From contig QMRC01000003.1 of the NCBI GenBank assembly GCA_003649205.1, forward strand, positions 81,048 through 145,047: a stretch of 64,000 nt of DNA, given 5' to 3'. The translations under genes were made by a program, and so were the position numbers. This document shows, one piece after another, positions 56,141 to 64,000 of the stretch. Positions within the stretch are counted from its first letter, which is position 1; every line of letters starts with the position of its first letter. The notes below the pieces were generated by a model. The model had not been told where the DNA came from and did not search any database. It saw nothing but the letters and a program-made list of their open reading frames with translations. Source of the stretch: Thermoprotei archaeon (GTDB lineage: Archaea; Thermoproteota; Thermoprotei; Thermoproteales; B15-G16).

Positions 56141-57295
56141 ATGTACTTCAGGTACTACTGTCCAACTGAGGTAATATTCGGTAGAGGATCTATCAAGGAG
56201 GTAGGTCAAGTAGTTAGGAACTTCGGTTCAAGAGCACTCTTAGTAGTTGGTAGGAGATTCGCTAAGGAATCAGGTTACCTCGATAAGATAACCAAGCTAC
56301 TTCAAGAAGCTGGAGTAGAGGTCCATGTATTCAGCGGCGTTGAACCCAATCCATCAACTGAAACAGCACAGAGATGTAGTGAATTCGCTAGGGAGAGAGG
56401 TAGTGAGGTCATAGTTGCCTTTGGTGGTGGTAGTGTAATTGATGTGGGTAAGGCAGCTGCTGTAGTAGCTGTTCAAGGTGGTAGAGTCGAGGAGTACCTC
56501 TACCCTAAGGTAGTTACAGGTAACGCACTACCAATCGTAGCAATACCAACGACCTGTGGTACAGGCAGTGAGGTAACGAAGAACTCAGTACTGACCATAG
56601 TTAAGGAGAAGAGGAAGGTAGTAGTTGTCGGTCCAGCGATAATACCTAAGGTAGCTATAGTGGATCCCGACGTCATTAGGTACCTACCACCTAAGCTAAT
56701 TACGTGGACAGCAATGGACGCACTCTCACATGCACTAGAAGCATACGTATCCAAGAGATCAACACCAATATCCGATGTGCTAGCACTCGAAGCCATTAAA
56801 CTCATCATAGAGAATGTGGAGAGAGCAGCAAAGGGTGATGAAACCGCACAAGAGAAGCTACACCTAGCAGCAACACTAGCTGGAATGGCAATAAACGTAG
56901 CAGGGACAGTACTCGTACACGCAATGGGGTACTACCTCACAACACACCACGACGTACATCATGGACTAGCAAACGCATTAACACTACCGTACGTACTTGA
57001 GCTAGATCTACAGCACATACCCAGAGACAAAGTAGAGAAACTACTACACCTACTAAACGTAGAAACAGTACAAGACCTCATAATCAAGCTCTGTAAACTT
57101 CTCGATAGAGTAGAGATACCAAATAGCGTAAAAGATGTAGGAGTTCAAGAAGAAGAGCTAGAAACCTACGTAAAGCACACACTAGGGTACCGAAGAAATC
57201 TAGAAAACAACCCAATAGAAGTAACCGAGGACATAGTACGAAATCTCATAAGTAAGGCACTGAGTGGTAGAAAAGGAACATATAGGTATCACTAG
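56141..57295 (+). CDS. Iron-containing (group III) alcohol dehydrogenase
   Basis: AFGGGSVIDVGKA, PTTCGTGSEVT and HAMGYYLTTHHDVHHG. The start is placed at ATG 56141, preceded by GAGGTG (the track ORF begins at 56090). Confidence 0.8.
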   Translation: MYFRYYCPTEVIFGRGSIKEVGQVVRNFGSRALLVVGRRFAKESGYLDKITKLLQEAGVEVHVFSGVEPNPSTETAQRCSEFARERGSEVIVAFGGGSVIDVGKAAAVVAVQGGRVEEYLYPKVVTGNALPIVAIPTTCGTGSEVTKNSVLTIVKEKRKVVVVGPAIIPKVAIVDPDVIRYLPPKLITWTAMDALSHALEAYVSKRSTPISDVLALEAIKLIIENVERAAKGDETAQEKLHLAATLAGMAINVAGTVLVHAMGYYLTTHHDVHHGLANALTLPYVLELDLQHIPRDKVEKLLHLLNVETVQDLIIKLCKLLDRVEIPNSVKDVGVQEEELETYVKHTLGYRRNLENNPIEVTEDIVRNLISKALSGRKGTYRYH

Positions 57296-57424
57296 CGTTA
57301 TACCTAGCTTCAGAAGCAATACAATTCCCACAATATATCATGAAATTAACAAACTAGGAATATAGCTTGAGTAGTATTGCATAGCGGTGTTATACATAGA
57401 ATTGTGTAAGTCAAGAGATAACGA

Positions 57425-58069
57425 ATGTATCCGGATAGGAAAACCATGAAACCTTTATATACGTTGATAATAGCTGGATGTACGTCAATAATCTCTGCAT
57501 TCCTAGGATTCTTCTCAGGATACGGATTTGCTAGGTACAGAGTTGATGGTCCACACCTACTATTCTGGATACTATCGATTAGGTTCCTACCACCGGTAGT
57601 AGCTGTCATACCTTACTACCTACTCTTCAGAGCACTAGGAATTCTCGACACGTACCCAGCGGTCATAATACCACATCTATGTATCGGAATTCCGTTTGCT
57701 GTGTGGTTGATGAGGAGCTTCATCATGAGCATACCTGTAGAACTTGAGGAGGCAGCGTTAGTCGACGGTTGTAGTAGGTTTACCGTGCTCTTCAAGATAG
57801 TGTTTCCACTAGCTCTACCAGGGTTCCTCATTACGGTACTATTCACCTTCATCTGGTCGTGGAACGAGTTCATGTATGCACTAATACTGACAGACGTCAA
57901 TGTCAGGGTAATGACTGTAACCATCGCTGGTATGAGGGAAGCTCATGGACTTATGTGGGGTGCTGTGTCCGCAGCAGCTACGATAGCTACGTTACCGACA
58001 ATAGCTCTTGCCATACTCCTTCAGAAGTACTTGGTTAGTGGTCTAGCATTCTTCACACCTAGAAGGTAG
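57425..58069 (+). pseudogene. 5'-truncated MalG-type ABC permease remnant
   Basis: 214 aa with an intact EAA loop (EEAALVDGCSRFTVLFKIVFPLALPG), but it begins at the equivalent of TM2. Stops lie upstream in frame. No cognate SBP, partner permease or ATPase is directly attached. Confidence 0.5.
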
Positions 58070-59026
58070 ATCCTTCTGCTTTTTCTCTACCTCCTCTATC
58101 AGCTTCCTCAAGTACTGTACTGAGACTCTATACCCTTCCTCACCGTACTTATCCGAAAGCTCGATGATTAATGCTCCGCGGTATCTCTGGAATACTCTGT
58201 TCACTACCTGTACCCACGGTATATCTCCCCACCCTAGTGGTAGGTGTAGGTCGCCAAATCCATAGGCTACATTGTGTTCTGGGAAGTATGGGTGGTAGAG
58301 TCCGTAGTTATCGCTTAGGTGCATGTGTATGGTATGTGGTAATGCTTCTTCCATTGCTTTGAGGAAGTTGAAGTTGAGTGCTTTTGAGCATATGTAGAGG
58401 TGTCCTATGTCGAGTGTGATACCGAGGTTATCTCTCTTGGCTTTCACTACTACGTAAAGTAGTTCACTTACTCTTCGACAGAGATGTGTTAGTCCTAGAT
58501 CACCGTTCTCTAGACCTATGGTAATTCCGTAGTCTCTAGCTAGGTCACAGCACTTAGTTAGGTTCTGTGCTAGTTGATTTAGTGCTCTGTACTTTTCCTC
58601 CTCACTTAGCTCTACGTAAGTTATGTTTCTAGGTCCTGCCCACATTACTCTCTGTAGTTCTTGCTCTGGTGGTATGATGTAGCCACTGTGAAGTACCATG
58701 ATTTTAGCATCTAGTTCTTGACCTAGTTCCATACATGACTTGATTACTTCTAGTGAGTACTTTAGTAGATGTGTGTCAAGTATATTCACTTCGTCAGGTA
58801 TGTGTATGGTGTACTTGAATCTGTATGGAGAGAGAAGGTCGAGTAGTTTCTGTACGTTTTCTCTAGCTAGTTTCCTACCTATGATTAGGTTGAACTTATG
58901 TGGAGATATCTCCAGCACCTCGATATTGAGTTCGCTGAAGAAGTTAAGCCACTTAGCAATCTTCTTCATTCCTTCGGTGGTTAACCAAATTGACATTGGT
59001 AGGAAGTTCACACCTATTGGGTTCAC
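58043..59026 (-). CDS. Sugar phosphate isomerase/epimerase (xylose isomerase-like TIM barrel)
   Basis: IMVLHSG, IGLENG and HTIHMHLSDN are typical of the AP_endonuc_2 family. Confidence 0.7.
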   Translation of the reverse strand: MNPIGVNFLPMSIWLTTEGMKKIAKWLNFFSELNIEVLEISPHKFNLIIGRKLARENVQKLLDLLSPYRFKYTIHIPDEVNILDTHLLKYSLEVIKSCMELGQELDAKIMVLHSGYIIPPEQELQRVMWAGPRNITYVELSEEEKYRALNQLAQNLTKCCDLARDYGITIGLENGDLGLTHLCRRVSELLYVVVKAKRDNLGITLDIGHLYICSKALNFNFLKAMEEALPHTIHMHLSDNYGLYHPYFPEHNVAYGFGDLHLPLGWGDIPWVQVVNRVFQRYRGALIIELSDKYGEEGYRVSVQYLRKLIEEVEKKQKDLPSRCEEC

Positions 59027-59078
59027 GTTTACACCTGAGTTGGTTAACGTTAATAAGTGAATTCTCCTTGTTGTCGAT

Positions 59079-59480
59079 GTGGTGAGATATGTGAAGATTA
59101 AGGTGAGAATAACTTCTGAATCTACTGGTGTTGTTGAGGCTGAGCTATTCGATGATCTTAGTCCAAATACCTTCAGGAAGATCGTTGAAGCTCTACCATT
59201 TGAAGGTGTAGCACGTAGGTGGGGTGATGAAGTTTACTTTGAGATCCCCGTCCATGTTCCTGAGGAAAATGCTGTTGAAATAGTTGAGAAAGGTACAGTT
59301 GCTTACTGGCCACCAGGGCACTCGCTATGCATCTTCTGGGGACCTACACCAGCTAGTAGACACCCCGATGAGATTAGACCTGCTAGTCCTGTGAACGTGG
59401 TTGGTAGAGTCTTAGGTGATCCGACAGTGTTCTCTAGGGTTAAGTATGGTGAGAGGATTAGAGTTGAGAGAGCTGAGTAA
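59079..59480 (+). CDS. Cyclophilin-like fold protein (TM1367/COG2164-like)
   Basis: VEAELFDDLSPNTFRKIVEALPFEGVARRWGDEVYFEIPV and YWPPGHSLCIFWGPTP match that family's pattern. Confidence 0.6.
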   Translation: MVRYVKIKVRITSESTGVVEAELFDDLSPNTFRKIVEALPFEGVARRWGDEVYFEIPVHVPEENAVEIVEKGTVAYWPPGHSLCIFWGPTPASRHPDEIRPASPVNVVGRVLGDPTVFSRVKYGERIRVERAE

Positions 59481-60635
59481 TTACTCGACCACGGCACCTG
59501 GTTCAAGTACTTTACCTGCAGGTACTCTAGCTCCTTTACCTATGTAGGAACCAAGCTTCATGATCTTTCTACCTCTTCTCACTACCTCGATTGGTCTCTC
59601 TTTCCAAATTCTTTCTTTCATGATAACCTTAGTCACTACATTTGGTTCAATAACTGCTTCACTACCAACGACACTAAAGCCTAAGTACGTAGCTCTTCCG
59701 ATAGTTGCTCTAGGTTGAATTGAAGACCACGTTACCTCAGTGAATGAGAATATTGTTGACTCCTCTTCAACTGTTGTGTAATCTCTCACAAGTGTATGAG
59801 TAGCTACGTAGCTATTCCTACCGATGTACACCGGTCCCTTAATAACTGCATGGTGCTCTATCTCTGCTCCATCCTCAATAACTACAGGACCCTCAATAAC
59901 AGCTGTCGAAGCTATCCTCGCTCTACTCGATATGAAGCTCCTCTCTAGAGAACTCAATACGAAGTAGTTTGCTCTCAAGAGATCCCAGGGAAAACCAATA
60001 TCAACCCACCAACCACTCCAAATAGATGACCTAACTCTCCTCAACTTAATTAACTTCGACATAGCTACCTCAAAGTTCTCATACTGCTCGAGAAGTTTGA
60101 AGAACTCGGTATTGACTATCATCAAGCCACCAAATGCGTAGTAACCCTCAAGCTCTCGACTAGGTTTCTCAATGAATTCCGTAACAAAGCCTTCAGCATC
60201 TACTCTAACAGCTCCATAGAGTCTAACATCCTCTTCAGGGACCAGCATCAGGGTACTGGTGCTGTAGGCTAGGAAGGAACTGAGTATTGTCTCAACACCT
60301 TCTTTCGGTAGCAATGTATCTCCGTAGTAGATGAGTACATAACCTCTAACATAGTCCTTAACCGATAGGAGCGCAGCTTCAACACCTACACCACACTGCT
60401 CAATAACCTCAAGCTCTAGACCTAATCTCCTATACCTCTCAAGAACTGGCTCAAGGGCACCAGGTCTATCTGTAACGACAAGAACTCTCCTCATATTTAG
60501 CTCAAGCAAGTTACCCAGTACATACTCAATAACTGCTCTACCAGCTATCCTCAGCAGTACCTTAGGCTCTCCCCTAGTCAATAGCTGGAGACCAGTACCA
60601 GGACCACCCGCCAGCACGATGACAGGTAGCGACAT
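59481..60635 (-). CDS. Sugar-1-phosphate nucleotidylyltransferase with a C-terminal left-handed beta-helix (archaeal GlmU/ST0452-like)
   Basis: N-terminus VLAGGPGTGLQLLTRGEPKVLL (G-x-G-x-R/L NTP-transferase loop). The C-terminal hexapeptide-repeat region is rich in I/V-G-x-x. Adjacent to glmS. Confidence 0.75.
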   Translation of the reverse strand: MSLPVIVLAGGPGTGLQLLTRGEPKVLLRIAGRAVIEYVLGNLLELNMRRVLVVTDRPGALEPVLERYRRLGLELEVIEQCGVGVEAALLSVKDYVRGYVLIYYGDTLLPKEGVETILSSFLAYSTSTLMLVPEEDVRLYGAVRVDAEGFVTEFIEKPSRELEGYYAFGGLMIVNTEFFKLLEQYENFEVAMSKLIKLRRVRSSIWSGWWVDIGFPWDLLRANYFVLSSLERSFISSRARIASTAVIEGPVVIEDGAEIEHHAVIKGPVYIGRNSYVATHTLVRDYTTVEEESTIFSFTEVTWSSIQPRATIGRATYLGFSVVGSEAVIEPNVVTKVIMKERIWKERPIEVVRRGRKIMKLGSYIGKGARVPAGKVLEPGAVVE

Positions 60636-60638
60636 TAA

Positions 60639-62504
60639 CTACATCACCGTCACAGTCTTAGCTAGGTTCCTCGGCTTATCAGGATCAAAACCTCTCTGAG
60701 TAGCTGTGTAGTAAGCAATTAACTGGTAAGGAACTATGTAAGGTATAGTAGCTACGTACGGGCTCAACCTAGGTAACTCAATAACGACTTCAGGTAGCCT
60801 CCTAACTCTACTACCTCTAGGACATATAGCTATTGTCCAGGCACCTCTAGCCCTCATCTCCTCGATATTACCACCAATGATCTCCTCATCATAACCACCG
60901 AGAACAGTGAAGAATACTGGGAATCCAGGCTCTACAAGAGCTATTGGACCATGCTTACTCTCACCAGCTGGATAAGCCTCAGCATGTATGTACGCTATCT
61001 CCTTTAACTTCAGTGCACCCTCCATAGAAATCGGTACGCCTAACCACCTACCTAAGAAGTAAGCACTCCGCTTACTAGCGACCTCTCTAGAGAGCTTCCT
61101 AGCGATTGGCTCGCACCTAGCGATCACGTACTCAACTACTTCAGGGACCTTCCTCAATTTAGATAGTAGGTCACGGTAATTATCCTCAGGAAGCGTACCG
61201 AGAACCTTACCCAACCTGAGAGCTAGGTACGTGAAGACTACGAGCTGTGTAGTGAAGGTCTTCGTAGCAGCAACACCGATTTCCGGACCCGCTCTCGTGT
61301 ATACTTGGATATCTGATTCCCTAGGAATAGCACTATCAATGACATTGGATACAGCTACTACCTTGGCACCACACCTCTTGGCAACTCTAACAGCGACCAA
61401 AGTATCTATGGTTTCACCTGATTGACTAACAGCAATAACGACATCTCTATCACTAACCTTCGATAGGTACCACTGAGCTTCAGAAGCTATGATAGCTTGC
61501 GAGAATACACCAGCTAGCTCGTGAAGTAGGTAGCTACCTGTGAGCGATGCGTGGTAGCTAGTACCTGCACCAATGATGAATACGTGATCAGCACGTCTAA
61601 TCAACTCAACGACCCCATCGATCTCAGGACCGAGACCAGATATCGTGGAGAATATTGCATAGGGCTGCTCGTGAATTTCCTTAAGCATGAAGTGTGGGTA
61701 ACCACCCTTCTTAGCAGCTTCGAGACTCCACTCAACAACCCTAATCCTCGGTCTAAACTCAACAACTCTAGATGGAGGAGGTACAGGATCTAGATCCTCA
61801 CTCTGAGAAATCCCCTCAACAACGACACTACTCGAAGTCACGTAACCAACCTCGAGATCTCTTAACACAAGCACTCTATTCGTGTACTCGAGGAATGCAG
61901 GAATGTCACTCGAGACGAACATCGTACCCTTACCAAAGCCAATTACTAGAGGTGATGTGTACCTAGCGAAGAATATCTTGTCAGGTTCATCAACGTCGAT
62001 CATAGCTATAGCGAAGGTACCTCTCAGGATAGATACTGCCTTCTTAAAAGCATCGTAGGTAGGTAGACCCCTCCTCTTAAACTCCTCAACAAGATGAGGA
62101 ATAACCTCCGTATCTGTCTCACTAATGAACCTATGCCCTCTCTCAATAAGCTCCTCACGAAGCTCAAGGTAGTTCTCGATAATACCATTGTGAACAACAG
62201 CAATACCCATATTACAGTCAGTGTGTGGATGAGCATTCACATCAGTAGGAGGACCGTGAGTAGCCCACCTAGTGTGCCCAATACCAACAACACCACAGTA
62301 CCTATCGAAACCAAGCTTCTCACGAACATCATCGATCTTACCTCTACACTTCCTAACGACCAACCTACCATCAGGAGTGATCACAGCAAAACCAACAGAG
62401 TCATAGCCTCTGTACTCAAGGTTCTTGAGACAGCAATACAACACAGTACCTAAGTTAGCACCTAGAGCGGTAAGTGTAGTCGCAATACCAATGATGCCAC
62501 ACAT
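60639..62504 (-). CDS. glmS: Glutamine--fructose-6-phosphate aminotransferase
   Basis: MCGIIGI N-terminal nucleophile, GHTRWATHG, two SIS domains (SQSGETIDT), and a C-terminus ending KTVTVM (typical K-x-VTVE-like tail). The start is set at ATG 62504 so that Cys is residue 2. The track extension to 62570 is hydrophobic and unlikely. Confidence 0.9.
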   Translation of the reverse strand: MCGIIGIATTLTALGANLGTVLYCCLKNLEYRGYDSVGFAVITPDGRLVVRKCRGKIDDVREKLGFDRYCGVVGIGHTRWATHGPPTDVNAHPHTDCNMGIAVVHNGIIENYLELREELIERGHRFISETDTEVIPHLVEEFKRRGLPTYDAFKKAVSILRGTFAIAMIDVDEPDKIFFARYTSPLVIGFGKGTMFVSSDIPAFLEYTNRVLVLRDLEVGYVTSSSVVVEGISQSEDLDPVPPPSRVVEFRPRIRVVEWSLEAAKKGGYPHFMLKEIHEQPYAIFSTISGLGPEIDGVVELIRRADHVFIIGAGTSYHASLTGSYLLHELAGVFSQAIIASEAQWYLSKVSDRDVVIAVSQSGETIDTLVAVRVAKRCGAKVVAVSNVIDSAIPRESDIQVYTRAGPEIGVAATKTFTTQLVVFTYLALRLGKVLGTLPEDNYRDLLSKLRKVPEVVEYVIARCEPIARKLSREVASKRSAYFLGRWLGVPISMEGALKLKEIAYIHAEAYPAGESKHGPIALVEPGFPVFFTVLGGYDEEIIGGNIEEMRARGAWTIAICPRGSRVRRLPEVVIELPRLSPYVATIPYIVPYQLIAYYTATQRGFDPDKPRNLAKTVTVM

Positions 62505-62604
62505 CGTGAAACCATAGATAAACAACAGTAAATAGTAAATTATCAGTATCTCAATCTCACTAAGCAACACAAGAGCAAGTAAGAGAGAACGCGGTGATTG
62601 ATGT

Positions 62605-63903
62605 GTGCTTCACCTAAGGAATTGTAGATTCGTAGTTACTCATGACCTAGCTACAGGTACGATCAAGGTCTTGGAGGAGGTGGACATTAAGGTACGTGAA
62701 GACGGCGTAGTGGAGAAGATTGGGAAGAACCTACGTACTGAGAGTGGTTACGAAGTAGTTGACTGTAGGAGGTACGTGGTGATACCTGGACTAGTCAATG
62801 CACACACCCACGTAGCAATGACTTTGCTTAGAGGGTTCTGTGACGATGAGGAGGTGTGCACTTGGCTACAGCACATGTGGGGGGTAGAGCGCGAGCTAAC
62901 TCCGGAGGTCGTGAGGTTAGCCTCTGAGCTAGGTATCATGGAGATGCTAAGTACAGGGACAACAGCATTCATAGACATGTACTACATGCCAGAGCAAACA
63001 GCTGAGGTAGCGGAGAGGTACGGGATAAGAGCAGCACTCGGACCAGTCTTCATGGACGTGATGTACAGTGCGAAGAAGGTAGAGAACGACTTAAGAAACC
63101 TAGTAACGATGTGTAGAGGGATGAGGTATGTAAGACCTATAGTGAATGTACACAGCATTTACACCTGTACGAGAGAGACCTTGGAGCGAGCAAGAGATCT
63201 AGCAAGTGAACTCAACCTAAACATACAGATACACATCTCAGAGACGAGACATGAAGTCTATAGGTGTAGGAAAGAGACAGGGAAATTCCCCATAGAGTAC
63301 ATAGCTGAACTAGGTCTGGTAACGGAGAGAACACAGCTAGTACACCTAGGGTGGGTAGCTAGCTGGGAGCTTGGTATCATTAGAGATCAAGGAGCAACCG
63401 TAACACATTGTCCTGTATCAAGCATGAAGTTAGCGACAGCGGGATTCCTACCAATCAAGGAGATGATGAGCATGGGGATAAGGGTGACGATAGGTACAGA
63501 CGGAGCAGCAAGCAACAACACACTAGACATGTTTAGGGAGTTGAAGGCAGCAGTACTCCTCCACAGGCACGGATACTGGAGTACAGACATAAATGCACAG
63601 CACGTATTCACAGCGGCAACAGTAAGGGGATACGAACTACTCAACATAAAGGGAGGAGTCATAGCACCTGGATACGTAGCAGACCTCGTACTCATAGACG
63701 TAGAGAAAGCACCACTACAACCACTTAGAAGAGACAACGTACTATCAACCCTCGTATACTGCGTATGTGGAAGAGATGTAGAGATGACGATGGTGAGTGG
63801 GAAAGTAGTTTACTGGAGGAAGAGAGATGAAGAGAAATGGAGAGAAAGAGCAATGGAGATAGCGAACAAGCTCAACAAGTACATGGAGAAGTACCTGACC
63901 TAA
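62605..63903 (+). CDS. Amidohydrolase, 5'-methylthioadenosine/S-adenosylhomocysteine deaminase (MtaD)-like
   Basis: PGLVNAHTHVAMTLLRG, IHISET and GTDGAASNN are signatures of the ATZ/TRZ-MtaD group. Confidence 0.8.
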   Translation: MLHLRNCRFVVTHDLATGTIKVLEEVDIKVREDGVVEKIGKNLRTESGYEVVDCRRYVVIPGLVNAHTHVAMTLLRGFCDDEEVCTWLQHMWGVERELTPEVVRLASELGIMEMLSTGTTAFIDMYYMPEQTAEVAERYGIRAALGPVFMDVMYSAKKVENDLRNLVTMCRGMRYVRPIVNVHSIYTCTRETLERARDLASELNLNIQIHISETRHEVYRCRKETGKFPIEYIAELGLVTERTQLVHLGWVASWELGIIRDQGATVTHCPVSSMKLATAGFLPIKEMMSMGIRVTIGTDGAASNNTLDMFRELKAAVLLHRHGYWSTDINAQHVFTAATVRGYELLNIKGGVIAPGYVADLVLIDVEKAPLQPLRRDNVLSTLVYCVCGRDVEMTMVSGKVVYWRKRDEEKWRERAMEIANKLNKYMEKYLT

Positions 63904-64000
63904 GGGTACAGGACCAAGGAACAGTACCTACGAGAACCACCACCTCCTATGCTTAAGATCAATGACGATACCTAACAACTCAATACACTTAGCGGATAAA

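Noticed and set aside
1-64000. Window-wide look for CRISPR arrays, IS elements/transposases/integrases, tRNA and rRNA genes
   Set aside because: I saw no regularly spaced direct repeats, no transposase- or integrase-like ORFs, and no further GC-rich cloverleaf-sized islands beyond the RNase P RNA and the small elements reported. This was a scan by eye only, so short or degenerate elements could have been missed.

Overview
This window looks like chromosomal DNA from a hyperthermophilic crenarchaeon (Thermoprotei-like). The DNA is moderately AT-rich but the structural RNA is sharply GC-rich. It encodes eL38, TiaS, Tsr3, TmcA and an aCPSF2-type beta-CASP nuclease, uses many GTG/TTG starts, and has frequent stop/start overlaps. 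About 60 protein genes are supportable. Transport dominates: a FecCD/BtuCD-type importer with a tandem-duplicated binding protein, two CUT1 sugar-type ABC systems, an ABC-2 exporter, and NCS2, MFS and MgtC-family proteins. Other content is a CobN + ChlI/ChlD class-I chelatase set, an RNA-processing/modification neighbourhood around an RNase P RNA gene, GlmS/GlmU-like genes, two radical-SAM genes and an MNT-HEPN pair. Several items are not in the supplied ORF track: RNase P RNA (27666-28004), five candidate C/D box sRNAs in intergenic spacers, a K-turn-type hairpin, and a partial GalT-like gene running off the left edge. I saw no CRISPR array, transposase/integrase, rRNA or tRNA. The most unusual observations are: (i) a five-gene translationally coupled unit joining an ABC-2 exporter, a membrane-tethered wHTH/bPH protein and a divergent YprA/MrfA-type helicase; (ii) an MtrA-like (corrinoid-binding type) domain fused to a ThyA-like domain; (iii) CobN encoded as two coupled ORFs, convergent with the corrinoid/iron-type importer; (iv) TmcA followed directly by an ASCH protein; (v) an archaemetzincin-like protein lacking the catalytic Glu. 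All family calls rest on motif recognition by eye. No database search or folding computation was run.
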